Positions 1 through 9,175 of a stretch of 42,410 nt of DNA are shown one piece after another (position 1 is the stretch's first letter; each line of letters starts with the position of its first letter). The DNA lies in assembly GCA_964580405.1 (NCBI GenBank), contig CAZOKM010000001.1:1-42410 (forward strand), written 5' to 3'. This DNA is from an uncultured Candidatus Bathyarchaeia archaeon (GTDB lineage: Archaea; Thermoproteota; Bathyarchaeia; Bathyarchaeales; DTEX01). Position numbers and translations under genes: made by a program. A model generated the notes under the pieces. That model did not search any database. It was not told the DNA's origin and was given only the letters and a program-made list of their open reading frames with translations.

Positions 1-470
1 TTAGGTTCATGGTCCTCATCGAGTCGTTCTCGGTGTTCTTCCTCACCACGTCGCCCGACCTCCTCGGGCTGGCGCTTGAGCAAAGTCATGTCCCCTACGA
101 GCTGTGCTTCGCGTTCACGACGGCCGTCAGGTTCGTGCCCGTGCTCGCGGACGAGGCTCAGACAATCATGGACGCCCAGAAGGCGCGGGGGCTTGAGCTC
201 GAGGGCGGGAATTTTATGAAAAAGATTAGGAACTACATTCCGATTCTAATTCCGCTCATCGTCAACGCGATCCGCCGAAGCTTAGAATTAGCTGAGACCA
301 TGGAGTCGAGGGCTTGGGGCGCCACGAAGAACCGAACGAACCTGTACGTCCTCAGGCTGGGACGAAAAGACGCTTATTTGCTGCTGTTTGCTACCGTGAT
401 TCTGTTGGTTTCGGTCTACGTTGCCACGTACGTCAGCATCCCGAACGTTACGCACCTCCTCAGCATCTAG
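1..470 (+). CDS. ECF-type transporter transmembrane (T) component, EcfT/CbiQ family; 5' end outside the window
   Basis: The frame is open from the window edge. The translated C-terminal part (RFVPVLADEAQTIMDAQKARGLELEG ... IPLIVNAIRRSLELAETMESRAW) matches the conserved EcfT/CbiQ coupling region and is followed by a terminal TM helix. Stop is TAG at 468-470. Confidence 0.8.
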   Translation, partial: RFMVLIESFSVFFLTTSPDLLGLALEQSHVPYELCFAFTTAVRFVPVLADEAQTIMDAQKARGLELEGGNFMKKIRNYIPILIPLIVNAIRRSLELAETMESRAWGATKNRTNLYVLRLGRKDAYLLLFATVILLVSVYVATYVSIPNVTHLLSI

Positions 471-572
471 CAACGTTCCCAGGGTTTCAGCACTCTGAAA
501 AGCCTTTTAAAGAATCGTGCCGAAATATGGGTTGGGACGCATCTATTCTGTTTCACATGGTGGGCGACTGCC

Positions 573-1160
573 TTGGAAGAAGAAAAAATCAGAAAATTGG
601 CTGAGCTCCGAGAAACCCTAGAAGAAAAGGCGAAGAGCCTAGAGTCCGAGCTTCAAGGATTGAGGACTCTACTTGATTTCATCAACGAGCTCCTCGTCGA
701 GAAGAGCTTCAAGAAGGTGGAGGAAATCGCGAAGCCTCCATCCATGCCTGAGTCCAAGCCCCAGCCTGCCCCCGCGAAGACTCAGGTGAGAGTCATCCCG
801 CTGAAGACGGCGGCTGACGAGCTGCTGGGCACCATGTACGTCGAGGACGACCAGATCCGCATCGTTCCGGAGCCGAGCCTGAAGCTCAGCGAGAACACGC
901 CGCCGTTCACCGCCTTCCTGATCGACAGGATAATCGGGAAAATAGCAGAGAGGGACCGCGAGCTCGTAAGCCAGGGGAAGCTCGTGCCCAACAAGGCCTT
1001 CACGTACAGCGTGGAGAAGGACGGCGAAGTGCTCAAGGAGATTACCGTTCGTAACCTTGCTCCCCAGAGGGAGAGGGAGGTCCGCTCCGCGACGCGGTGG
1101 ACGTTCGAAAAGATGCTCGAGAAGCAGCGGAGCCAAGCCGAAAAACCCTCAGAAGCATAA
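573..1160 (+). CDS. hypothetical protein with charged coiled-coil-like N-terminus
   Basis: 195-codon ORF with coding-like composition. The only available start is TTG at 573, with GGTGG 8-12 nt upstream. No family recognised. Confidence 0.5.
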   Translation: MEEEKIRKLAELRETLEEKAKSLESELQGLRTLLDFINELLVEKSFKKVEEIAKPPSMPESKPQPAPAKTQVRVIPLKTAADELLGTMYVEDDQIRIVPEPSLKLSENTPPFTAFLIDRIIGKIAERDRELVSQGKLVPNKAFTYSVEKDGEVLKEITVRNLAPQREREVRSATRWTFEKMLEKQRSQAEKPSEA

Positions 1161-1174
1161 TCTTGATCTTAGTT

Positions 1175-1240
1175 GTGGACTCAGTTGCGGGAAAAGCCAT
1201 CATCTAAAATGGTACTTTGACCATAACCATAACGTACCTC
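1175..1240. repeat. left copy of a two-module repeat (module A gtggactcagttgcgggaaaagccatcat, module B tactttgaccataac)
   Basis: Module A at 1175-1203 matches 2744-2772 with one mismatch. Module B at 1213-1227 matches 2712-2726. Both were read directly from the sequence. Confidence 0.8.
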
Positions 1241-1277
1241 TCCACCGAACCTGTGATTATATAAAAAAAGGGGAAAT

Positions 1278-1907
1278 TTAGGTGTTAATAATGCTTTTTA
1301 TGATTTCTGTTAGATCTTCGCTTCTTAATGGAGGACTTATACCCACGATGTAATATATGCCATTTTTCCAGAACCATGCCGCAGAGGAAGAGATTTTGTC
1401 ATTTGCAATTATCACGTTAACGTAGACTCCGTTGAGTTCAAACGAGTTTGGGAGGTCATGTTGCTTTGTGGATTCATACTCCGCCCTAAGTTGTTCATTG
1501 CTTGGCGGATTAGCAGAAAAATGTAATTCAATAGTTACGTTAGCATCGTAAAAGTTTTCAGTTTTTTTGTCGCTGAAAGTTAATACCACTACACTATCAG
1601 AAATGTAGACATCTGCATACTTCATGCCTTCAGGAAGCCATTTAGGTGTCGATGGAGTCTTACCGAAAGTTGCCTGTATTTCTTCAAGACCTGTTGACAG
1701 TGAATATCTCTTGAACGTCGGCATAGTAATGCCAAAAACGACTTCAGATTGAGGCGTTATTTGAACTATCTCTCCTTCGCTTTCGCCGCTGTATTGGAAG
1801 CCATTTGTGGTAATCGGATTCGTGTTGACAGGCATATATGTGAGGATAGTTAATGCTGCCAAGTAAAGCATTATTATTGCTAATGATACTAGAAGTTCTT
1901 TCTTCAT
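1278..1907 (-). CDS. hypothetical N-terminally anchored or secreted protein
   Basis: ATG start. Hydrophobic N-terminal helix (LLVSLAIIMLYLAALTILTY). Lies in an AT-rich block. Its start is 2 nt from the stop of the upstream gene, which suggests an operon. Confidence 0.6.
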   Translation of the reverse strand: MKKELLVSLAIIMLYLAALTILTYMPVNTNPITTNGFQYSGESEGEIVQITPQSEVVFGITMPTFKRYSLSTGLEEIQATFGKTPSTPKWLPEGMKYADVYISDSVVVLTFSDKKTENFYDANVTIELHFSANPPSNEQLRAEYESTKQHDLPNSFELNGVYVNVIIANDKISSSAAWFWKNGIYYIVGISPPLRSEDLTEIIKSIINT

Positions 1908-1909
1908 CG

Positions 1910-2680
1910 TTAGCCGCCTCCACTGGCATAGAACGCAATGTTAGACACTTCTGTCAAAGTATAGACTGGAGATTCTCTTACTGGTGTGTGTCTAGTCCAG
2001 ACATTGAAAGGATTGGCAGTAGAAACATCATAAGTATGGAGTTCTGTGAAGTGGCTTCCAGTTATACAGATTGCTGTAATATTTGTTTCCACGAATGCTT
2101 GTTCATCAACTTGTGGATATGGGTAAATACCGTGAAGATCCAACACTCCTGTACTCCCCATGTTGTCTATGTAGAAACGGAATTCTGACGGGTCTGAAGA
2201 TCGTGGAATGTCCCATGATAATGGATAAGGACGCCTAATGCCATAAGCATGTGTTTCGCCATTTTTCGGGAAAAAAGTTGTTCCTATATAGAAATCGTGG
2301 ATGAGTTGACCAGTGCTATTTATTGCCATTACTTCGACATAGTATTTAAGAGTAGTTGAAAGTAGTCCTTTAATATATCCGATTTGAAGCCAAAGACCAT
2401 AATCCCCTGCCTTGTTTTTTATAGTATATGACAATACTATATCAACCCATTCGCAGACAAAGTTGACCGTGGGGTTTGGAACGGAAGGGTCTATAGTGTA
2501 TATACACCCATACACTCCCTCATGGCTGTAACCGTCTTCATGTACATATCCCGTATGATAACGTGGGCGAACATAACCAAATGTTGGTTGGACAGATAAT
2601 GACGTGCCAAGTATAACACAGGCTAAGATAGTCAATACTACCATTTTAGATATTCTCATATTGTTCCCCTGTTGTGTCAT
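1910..2680 (-). CDS. hypothetical secreted protein
   Basis: Signal-peptide-like N-terminus (MRISKMVVLTILACVILGTSLSV). 256 aa, AT-rich, Tyr/Gly-rich. No family recognised. Confidence 0.6.
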   Translation of the reverse strand: MTQQGNNMRISKMVVLTILACVILGTSLSVQPTFGYVRPRYHTGYVHEDGYSHEGVYGCIYTIDPSVPNPTVNFVCEWVDIVLSYTIKNKAGDYGLWLQIGYIKGLLSTTLKYYVEVMAINSTGQLIHDFYIGTTFFPKNGETHAYGIRRPYPLSWDIPRSSDPSEFRFYIDNMGSTGVLDLHGIYPYPQVDEQAFVETNITAICITGSHFTELHTYDVSTANPFNVWTRHTPVRESPVYTLTEVSNIAFYASGGG

Positions 2681-2700
2681 TATGTGACACAGGTGTATTT

Positions 2701-2795
2701 ATGGCTTTTCATACTTTGACCATAACGTGAGCATACCTTCGTCGTGGACTCAGTCGCGGGAAAAGCCATCATTCTCTAAAGAGTCAAAGTACCTC
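2701..2795. repeat. right copy of the two-module repeat, with internal inverted repeats
   Basis: Module B at 2712-2726 and module A at 2744-2772. atggcttttc (2701-2710) is the reverse complement of gaaaagccat (2760-2769). tactttgac (2712-2720) is the reverse complement of gtcaaagta (2783-2791). Confidence 0.8.
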
Positions 2796-2977
2796 GATTA
2801 CGTCATCGTCCAATAAATAATCTTCAACCACTTTAACTTGAATATATCGATTTTAAACGTTAATCCCGCACAAACAGGTACGGATAGGGGTTTCCTCGTC
2901 CATTAAGTAAATCATCTATATATTAATGCTAAATAGACCGTTCTACATTGATAGAGGCATAGAAGAAAGTGGGGGAA

Positions 2978-3844
2978 ATGGACGAATCTGACATAAATAG
3001 AATGAAGGCCAACAGAGACATTGACGGGTTAATCAAAGCTCTTGGGGATGAGAAACGTATTATCGGTTTGACAGCAGCAATAGCTTTGGGAACCATAAAT
3101 AACCCCAGGGCGGTTGAGCCACTGGTCAAAGCTCTGAAGGGAGATAATGATAAAATTGGGTTCTTTGCGAAGCACGCTCTGGAAAGAATGGGGTACGCCA
3201 AGGCAGTGGGAATAGTGGACGAACCGGGCGTCGAAAAGATGAAGGCCGACAAGGACGTTGAGGGGCTGGTAAAGGCTCTGAAATACAATTTTCCCCCTCG
3301 TCATTCCGCGTGGAAGATACGGTGGAAGGCAACGATGGCCCTCAGAGACCTGAAGGACCCTACAGCAATTGTGCCACTCATCGAGACTTTAGAGAAGGAC
3401 GAGAACGAGACTGTTCGGAAATACGCTGCGGATGCCTTGGGAAGCATAAAGGATCCTAGAGCGGTTGAACCGCTTGTTAAGTGCTTGAAGAGTAACAAGT
3501 CGCGGGACGTCAGAACGTACATTGTGGCGGCTCTTGGGAAAATCGGGGACGCTAGGGCGGTGAAGCCACTCGTGGAGGCTATGAAGGACAGGGACTCAAT
3601 CGTTGCGTGGGGGGCAGCACTAAATCTGGGGAGCTTTAAAGACGCTGCGGCAGTGAACCCACTTATCGAAGCCTTAAAGGACAAAAGATGGGATGTTCGG
3701 CACGGAGCGGCAGAATCTCTCGGGAACATAGGAGATTCCAGAGCATTCGAGTCTCTGACCAGAGCCCTCAATGACGAGAACATGAGAGTCCGGGATGCCG
3801 CGAGAAAGGCTCTAGAGAAGCTCAAAGCAAAAAAGAATGTATAA
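2978..3844 (+). CDS. HEAT-repeat (PBS-lyase HEAT-like) protein
   Basis: Repeated about 31-aa units of the form D..VR..AA.ALG.IGD.RAVEPLI.ALKD. ATG at 2978, with an in-frame GTG at 2969 as an alternative start. Confidence 0.8.
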   Translation: MDESDINRMKANRDIDGLIKALGDEKRIIGLTAAIALGTINNPRAVEPLVKALKGDNDKIGFFAKHALERMGYAKAVGIVDEPGVEKMKADKDVEGLVKALKYNFPPRHSAWKIRWKATMALRDLKDPTAIVPLIETLEKDENETVRKYAADALGSIKDPRAVEPLVKCLKSNKSRDVRTYIVAALGKIGDARAVKPLVEAMKDRDSIVAWGAALNLGSFKDAAAVNPLIEALKDKRWDVRHGAAESLGNIGDSRAFESLTRALNDENMRVRDAARKALEKLKAKKNV

Positions 3845-3861
3845 AATAGAGATTCAGGAAT

Positions 3862-4923
3862 ATGAATGGAACAAAAAAAATATTTGCATTTATTATAATA
3901 TTAATGGCTACTATTTGGAGCTGCCGCTTAGGTTCCGGGGATGTCGGTTCAGGAAAATGGTATTATTGGTTAGAACCTGGCGCCTACGCGATGTACACGT
4001 TTTCTAGTGAAGATGCCCCTGAGATTCCAGGCTGGGATACTGGGTTTTCGGGAAGAGACAATTTAGTTCAGCTGCTGAATGGCACATACTATAGCTACCA
4101 GAATTTGACCCTTACTTGGACGGTTCTCGAGGTAGACGACGATAGGGCTTCCGTTGAGTATGCGCTTGTGCTTCTTGACGCAGCAAAGGTGCATTTCAAG
4201 GGAGGAGGGATAGTCAAAGATGTCCTTCTTGGGGATGTTCTTTTTAGCATGACGGTGTGGGTTAAGCTGAACACACTCGAAATCTACGATCAGGATGATT
4301 CGTACTTGGGCAGGTGGCCTTTCTGGATTCACGCAACGGAACTCGGTACAAACATAACCATGGTTCATAATGTATATCAAGAAAGCTCAATTTTTGGAAA
4401 TGGTTTAAACAGCATTACGATTAGTTTATTTGATCTTAACGACTATGCCAGCTCAGAGAACATTGTCAATCCCGAATCAAAAGGCCTAAACACGCCTTAC
4501 GGATTCTTCAGCATGAATAGGTTAATATCATGGTGTGCGACTTGGAAACTAATGTTTTTATTTAATCAGACAGTGTATCTTTCCCAAGGTTTCTTTCCTG
4601 CTTTATATGATAAAACTTCACTCATAATGATGGCTTACACAAATATGATTTATGTGGATGACGTTCTCTTGCGCATCTTTCCTGATTTAAGGGACGGCAT
4701 ATTTACCAGCAAGCCACTCGTCATACGATCCACTAACATAGACTTTAACCCGAAAGAAGAGCAGAACGAAGAGCCAAGTCAAGGCGGAGACTCCAATCCG
4801 TTTCTTATCCCCGCTCTAGCTATTGCAGCTTGTCTGTCCGTTGGTTGTGTCGTCTATGTTTGGAAGAAAAAAAGAATGTCTGAATTCAAAGAGGTTCATA
4901 GAATATTTTATTGTTATATTTAA
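3862..4923 (+). CDS. hypothetical extracellular glycoprotein-like protein with C-terminal TM anchor (paralog A)
   Basis: Signal-like N-terminus and many N-x-S/T sequons. C-terminal acidic linker, then PFLIPALAIAACLSVGCVVYVW, then KKKR. Collinear along its full length with 5663..6673, at roughly 60 percent identity by eye. Confidence 0.7.
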   Translation: MNGTKKIFAFIIILMATIWSCRLGSGDVGSGKWYYWLEPGAYAMYTFSSEDAPEIPGWDTGFSGRDNLVQLLNGTYYSYQNLTLTWTVLEVDDDRASVEYALVLLDAAKVHFKGGGIVKDVLLGDVLFSMTVWVKLNTLEIYDQDDSYLGRWPFWIHATELGTNITMVHNVYQESSIFGNGLNSITISLFDLNDYASSENIVNPESKGLNTPYGFFSMNRLISWCATWKLMFLFNQTVYLSQGFFPALYDKTSLIMMAYTNMIYVDDVLLRIFPDLRDGIFTSKPLVIRSTNIDFNPKEEQNEEPSQGGDSNPFLIPALAIAACLSVGCVVYVWKKKRMSEFKEVHRIFYCYI

Positions 4924-5074
4924 ATAAAAATTTAGTCAACGTGCAATTCCATGATGAATTGTAATAGAGTTTTTTAGAAAAAATTTATATACAGTATAAT
5001 GTAGATTAATGTTTTACATGGAGATGTAAATATTAATTACATCAATCTGTAATAAACCTTAAGGAGGGAGAGAG

Positions 5075-5542
5075 ATGAAAATGGGAAAAGGAGCAGACAA
5101 AAAAGCAGTCCTTTCAGTCCTAGTCGTAATGATTGCTTTAGCCACAGTGAACGTAGCCCGCGCAATTTATGATACCGATATAAAGAGCGGAACCTATACC
5201 CAAGCAACTGCATACATTTCTGGAACATACAGTGGAGGAAAAGTATATGGTGCATCGGGATATTTGCGAGGCACAGTGACTCAAAATCTACCAGATGAAG
5301 GTCTCTTTGATTGGTATTATTACAGTTGGACTGATGATAGCGGATATCATGAGGTTAATGACCTTTCTTGGGATCCCAGTAAAGATCAGGTAGGCGAATC
5401 TCTTACAGATTATGACGACATTCCATCCCCTGTTTACAGTGCTGGCATGGGAGGACAAGCGGGACACTACTACCAGATTGGTAGTACCATATATGCCACA
5501 GCTGATACTGGTGAAGTCTATGCGGGTATACCTAATTCGTAG
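5075..5542 (+). CDS. hypothetical small secreted protein
   Basis: GGAGGG Shine-Dalgarno motif 6 nt upstream of the ATG. Signal-like N-terminus (VLSVLVVMIALATVNVARA). Tyr/Gly/Ser-rich. TAG-TAA double stop. Confidence 0.6.
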   Translation: MKMGKGADKKAVLSVLVVMIALATVNVARAIYDTDIKSGTYTQATAYISGTYSGGKVYGASGYLRGTVTQNLPDEGLFDWYYYSWTDDSGYHEVNDLSWDPSKDQVGESLTDYDDIPSPVYSAGMGGQAGHYYQIGSTIYATADTGEVYAGIPNS

Positions 5543-5662
5543 TAAAATGATGTTTATCTTGAAATAATCACAATTTCACTCTCCCATTTTTTTTAATTAA
5601 GATGCTTCTTATCATTCTATTAAGTTTCGATAAAATATTATTTATAATGTCTGGGAACATAT

Positions 5663-6673
5663 ATGAAAAAAATTATTCTTATTATAATGATTATGATGAT
5701 TACGAATTGGAGCTGTGGTTTAAGCTGGGGGAATAATGATTCTGGAAAATGGTTTTATTGGTTGGAGCCTGGAGCCTTCGTAATGTACACGTTTCCCACT
5801 GATGAAATCCCTGAAATTCCAGGTTGGTTAACTGCATCTTTGGGAAGGTACAATTTGATACAATTATTGAATGAAACATCATATAAATTTGATAACTTGA
5901 CCCTCACTTGGTCAGTTCTTGAGGTAGATGACGATAGAGCTTCTGTGGAATACACGCTTAGGTTATATAACGTTACAAAAGTGCATTTTGAAAAAGGATT
6001 TTTAAAAATAGATGTTCTTCTTGGGGATGTTCTATTTTACATGACTGTTTGGGTCAAGCTTGATACTCTCGATATTTACGATCAAGATGATTTATACTTG
6101 GGTAGGTGGCCTTTCTGGGTTCATGCTACAGAATTTAACGTGTCTATAGACATAGTTCATAATGTATTACAATACAGCGGGGAGGATGGATATGTTTTAA
6201 ATAATATCACGATTGGACTCATAGATCTCAGTGACTATGCAAATGTAGTTAAAATAGATAATCCTGAGTTGGAAGGATTGGATACTCCTTTTGGATTCTT
6301 TAATATGAAAAGGTTAATATCGTGGAGTCCGGTAGGGGAACAAATTGTTACCAACAATCATACACATTATACTGCCCAAGGCATATTTCCTGTATTATAT
6401 GACAAATCTTCCTTAGTGATGTTAGCTTACTCACACAGTGTTTATGTTGATGACGTTATTCTTCGAATTTTTCCTGAAATTAGACAAGGTATATTCATAA
6501 CAAAACCGCTCGTTATCCGATCCACCAACATAGATTTTAATCCACAGGAAGAGCAAGATGAAGAGCCATATCAAGGCGGAGGTTCTGATCCGCTTCTTCT
6601 CCCCGCCTTAGCCGTAGCATCTTGTCTATCAATTGGTTGTGTTATATATGTTTGGAGGAAGAAGAGCTCTTAG
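5663..6673 (+). CDS. hypothetical extracellular glycoprotein-like protein with C-terminal TM anchor (paralog B)
   Basis: Paralog of 3862..4923. It shares blocks such as KWxYWLEPGA, LTLTWxVLEVDDDRASVEY, LLGDVLFxMTVWVKL, YLGRWPFW and KPLVIRSTNIDFNP, and has the same C-terminal anchor. Confidence 0.7.
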   Translation: MKKIILIIMIMMITNWSCGLSWGNNDSGKWFYWLEPGAFVMYTFPTDEIPEIPGWLTASLGRYNLIQLLNETSYKFDNLTLTWSVLEVDDDRASVEYTLRLYNVTKVHFEKGFLKIDVLLGDVLFYMTVWVKLDTLDIYDQDDLYLGRWPFWVHATEFNVSIDIVHNVLQYSGEDGYVLNNITIGLIDLSDYANVVKIDNPELEGLDTPFGFFNMKRLISWSPVGEQIVTNNHTHYTAQGIFPVLYDKSSLVMLAYSHSVYVDDVILRIFPEIRQGIFITKPLVIRSTNIDFNPQEEQDEEPYQGGGSDPLLLPALAVASCLSIGCVIYVWRKKSS

Positions 6674-7175
6674 AATCCTCTGGTTTTCAGGGATAATTCT
6701 CACGATCACTGGACTCGCTATCGCCTCATGGTCCCTTCAGCCGTCAGGCGCCGGAACCGAAATTTCGGTTGGTGTTTCCAATCGGAAGTATGAACCTGGT
6801 GAAACTTCATACAGACGAGTACTCACCTATTTTCTTGACAATACGACCGTGACCATAACCGCAGCCCTAGACCCTTTGATGTCGTACAACTTTAGCATAA
6901 TGAAAATCAGTGGCAACTGGAACTACAGCAGAAGTGGCGCTGGCCACGAGGTTTTCTCGTTCAGACCTCCCGAGAGAGGCGTCTACGAATACGTGGAAGT
7001 GCTTCATGCGTCAGAAACAGCGTCCCGAGACCAAAGTGGAACCCTCCTGTGGACCGTTGAGACCCGCGGCATCAAACAAACCTATCTGTTACCCAGCGTC
7101 ATCTTCCTCATAATTCCCGGACTGACACTCACAATAATATTAATAATAACTGGAGCTGCCAAGCATGTTTGGTAA
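6648..7175 (+). CDS. hypothetical bitopic membrane protein (N- and C-terminal TM helices flanking a soluble domain)
   Basis: ATG at 6648 overlaps the end of the upstream gene; the ORF track start at 6633 is TTG. TM helices are ILWFSGIILTITGLAIASW and LLPSVIFLIIPGLTLTIILIITG. Its stop overlaps the start of the permease gene. Confidence 0.55.
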   Translation: MFGGRRALRILWFSGIILTITGLAIASWSLQPSGAGTEISVGVSNRKYEPGETSYRRVLTYFLDNTTVTITAALDPLMSYNFSIMKISGNWNYSRSGAGHEVFSFRPPERGVYEYVEVLHASETASRDQSGTLLWTVETRGIKQTYLLPSVIFLIIPGLTLTIILIITGAAKHVW

Positions 7176-7929
7176 AATTTTTACGTGGGAATTCCTCGCA
7201 GGGAAACGGCTCTACATGGTTTTCCTGCTTTACTTCCTTATGCTGTTCTCTTCAGGACTTTTTGAGAATGAAACGGCGGTTGTTGAAACCATTTCACAGG
7301 GCATCCACGGGATAGAAAATTTTTCGCCTGGCAACCTCATCAACATGTTTCAGCTCCCGTCGGATCTGTGGTGGTTCTCCTTCCCCATCATCTCGGCGTA
7401 CTGCGTGTACATGTTCAGCCACGAGTACGACAAGGGAATCCTCAGAACATACTTCCTCAGCTGCGCCAGAAAGTCAACCATCTTCACGGCGAAGCTCCTC
7501 GCAATATTCGCAGGCATCTTCATATCCTTCGTGGCAAGTCTGCTGATCGCGTACCCTCTGGCTGACCCCACGATGTTCCTCGCCAACCCCCTAGAAGTAT
7601 ACGTGAACCTCCCACGGAGCTTCCTCACATACGCATCGATGCTCTACGTCATGATAGGGCTGTCCGTTCTCTCAGCCGCCGCCTTCAAAAAGCCGCTGTA
7701 CGCCTTCGCAACCCCATTAGCTATCGTCTACACGCTGAACACCACGCACGTCGACGTAATCGCGGACTACATCCCGCCGGCGAGCTTCCAGAACCTCGGA
7801 GGCCCAATAGGACTATACACCACCGAACAATTCTTGAGGAGGTTCAGCACGGTGTGGCCAGCAGCTGTCGCCTCAACAATCTTCCTCGTCGTGGCATACA
7901 TTATCTTCACGAAGCGGGACATCGGGTGA
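7165..7929 (+). CDS. ABC-2-type transporter permease (putative)
   Basis: Polytopic 254-aa membrane protein, translationally coupled to its neighbours and immediately upstream of the ABC ATPase. Confidence 0.6.
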   Translation: MFGKIFTWEFLAGKRLYMVFLLYFLMLFSSGLFENETAVVETISQGIHGIENFSPGNLINMFQLPSDLWWFSFPIISAYCVYMFSHEYDKGILRTYFLSCARKSTIFTAKLLAIFAGIFISFVASLLIAYPLADPTMFLANPLEVYVNLPRSFLTYASMLYVMIGLSVLSAAAFKKPLYAFATPLAIVYTLNTTHVDVIADYIPPASFQNLGGPIGLYTTEQFLRRFSTVWPAAVASTIFLVVAYIIFTKRDIG

Positions 7930-7945
7930 AGCGGGAGGCAGCAAG

Positions 7946-8848
7946 GTGGAAAACGTCATCACCGCGAAGGAAGTCTGGAAGAAGTATGGCAGCACCAACG
8001 CCCTCTGCAACTTCACAATAGAGGTCCCCAGAGCAAGCGTCTTCCTCATCATGGGACCGAACGGCTCCGGCAAGTCAACGTTCCTGAAGCTGATCACGGG
8101 GCTCGTCAAACCGACGCGCGGAAAACTCGAAACGCTGGGGCTCGACCCGTGGAAGCAAAGGCACGTCATCCACAAACGAGTCGGAGCCATGTTCGAAGAC
8201 CACGCGTTCCCCGACTGGGCATCGGGCAAAGAATGCCTCGAATACTTGGCTCAGCTGAAAAGAATTGGACCCAAAGCTGCGGGCGAAGAAGCACTGAGGA
8301 CCGCGAGGCTCTTCGGGGTCGACGAATACTGGGACCGAAACGTGTCCACGTATTCTTCTGGCATGAAAAGAAAACTGGCCCTAGCGAGCGCCTTCCTGGG
8401 CGACCCGGAGCTGGTCATCCTCGACGACCCTACCGTGGCGATTGACAAGCAGTCCAGAGCTAACCTGGAGAAGCTCGTCGAGGCTGGGTCAAAGAACGGG
8501 AAAACGTTCCTGATAACGTCGCACATAATCACCGAGTTCGAGTCCCTGGTCACGCACGTGGCAATCATGAGCCAAGGAAACCTGCTGATGTCCGGCGAGA
8601 TACGCGAATTGATGCAGAAGACGAGCCTGTACCAGGTGGGGGTGAGAACCGACAAACCCGAAGTCGCGGTCAAAGTCCTCGTCCAAAAGGGGTACACGGT
8701 GACGGCGAAGGGGAATCTAGTCGTCGTCGAGGGAGCAGGAGACACCACGCAAATATTGGATGCATTAAAGGAAGAAGGAATAAACGCCGAAATAGACCAA
8801 ATCGTGCCAAACTTGTGGAGCCTATATTCTAAAGTGTTGACTGCCTGA
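7946..8848 (+). CDS. ABC transporter ATP-binding protein
   Basis: Walker A GPNGSGKST, signature-like YSSGMKRKL, Walker B LVILDDP. GTG start with GGGAGG 8 nt upstream. Confidence 0.9.
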   Translation: MENVITAKEVWKKYGSTNALCNFTIEVPRASVFLIMGPNGSGKSTFLKLITGLVKPTRGKLETLGLDPWKQRHVIHKRVGAMFEDHAFPDWASGKECLEYLAQLKRIGPKAAGEEALRTARLFGVDEYWDRNVSTYSSGMKRKLALASAFLGDPELVILDDPTVAIDKQSRANLEKLVEAGSKNGKTFLITSHIITEFESLVTHVAIMSQGNLLMSGEIRELMQKTSLYQVGVRTDKPEVAVKVLVQKGYTVTAKGNLVVVEGAGDTTQILDALKEEGINAEIDQIVPNLWSLYSKVLTA

Positions 8849-8903
8849 TGAATCCTGCACTTAACCGATAAAAAGCTATTAACAGAATTTCTTAGGATGC
8901 TTC

Positions 8904-9143
8904 TTACTTGGGCGTTGCGTCTAGCGTGATGTAGAGGATGTTGTTTCCGCGCACGAGGGCTTCCCCGTAGTTCGCGAGCATCTTGCCGTCGTAGACTTCG
9001 GTGGCTCCGTCGAGGATGATGTTCATGTACGTGTCGCAGTGGACCATCGTCCCCGTGTACTCGATGCCGTTCTTCAGCGTGATCACGACGTACGCGTTCA
9101 TGTGCCTCGTCAGCATGTTCAGCGGCTTCTTGCTTGGTTCCAT
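8904..9143 (-). CDS. Sm-like (LSm / SmAP) RNA-binding protein
   Basis: The 79-aa protein has Sm1/Sm2 signatures: VVITLKNGIEYTGTMVHCDTYMNIIL ... ALVRGNNILYI. Confidence 0.85.
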   Translation of the reverse strand: MEPSKKPLNMLTRHMNAYVVITLKNGIEYTGTMVHCDTYMNIILDGATEVYDGKMLANYGEALVRGNNILYITLDATPK

Positions 9144-9160
9144 GAGTTTCGCCAGACTAA

Positions 9161-9175
9161 TTGATGTAACATCAA
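9161..9175. promoter_or_regulatory. perfect 7-1-7 palindrome TTGATGT-A-ACATCAA between a TATA-like box and the Sm gene start
   Basis: Read directly from the sequence. It lies 18 nt upstream of the Sm start codon (9143). A TTTTTATATT element (minus sense) sits at about 9184-9195. Confidence 0.3.

Noticed and set aside
1-1160. A real EcfT fusion to the 195-aa coiled-coil protein through TAG 468-470.
   Set aside because: EcfT already ends with its normal terminal TM helix. The 34 intervening codons look non-coding and contain a TTTTAAAG TATA-like box and a GGTGG Shine-Dalgarno motif for TTG 573. The chance of an open 34-codon stretch in the same frame is not negligible.
2668-2693. Hairpin TGTGTCA-ttatg-TGACACA covering the start codon of 1910..2680.
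   Set aside because: The stem is only 7 bp in AT-rich sequence, which is too weak to claim translational control without other evidence.
8846-8905. Possible C/D-box sRNAs. CTGATGA occurs just after the ABC ATPase stop, and ATGATGA occurs near 4951.
   Set aside because: No matching D box (CTGA) lies at the appropriate distance, and there is no terminal stem.
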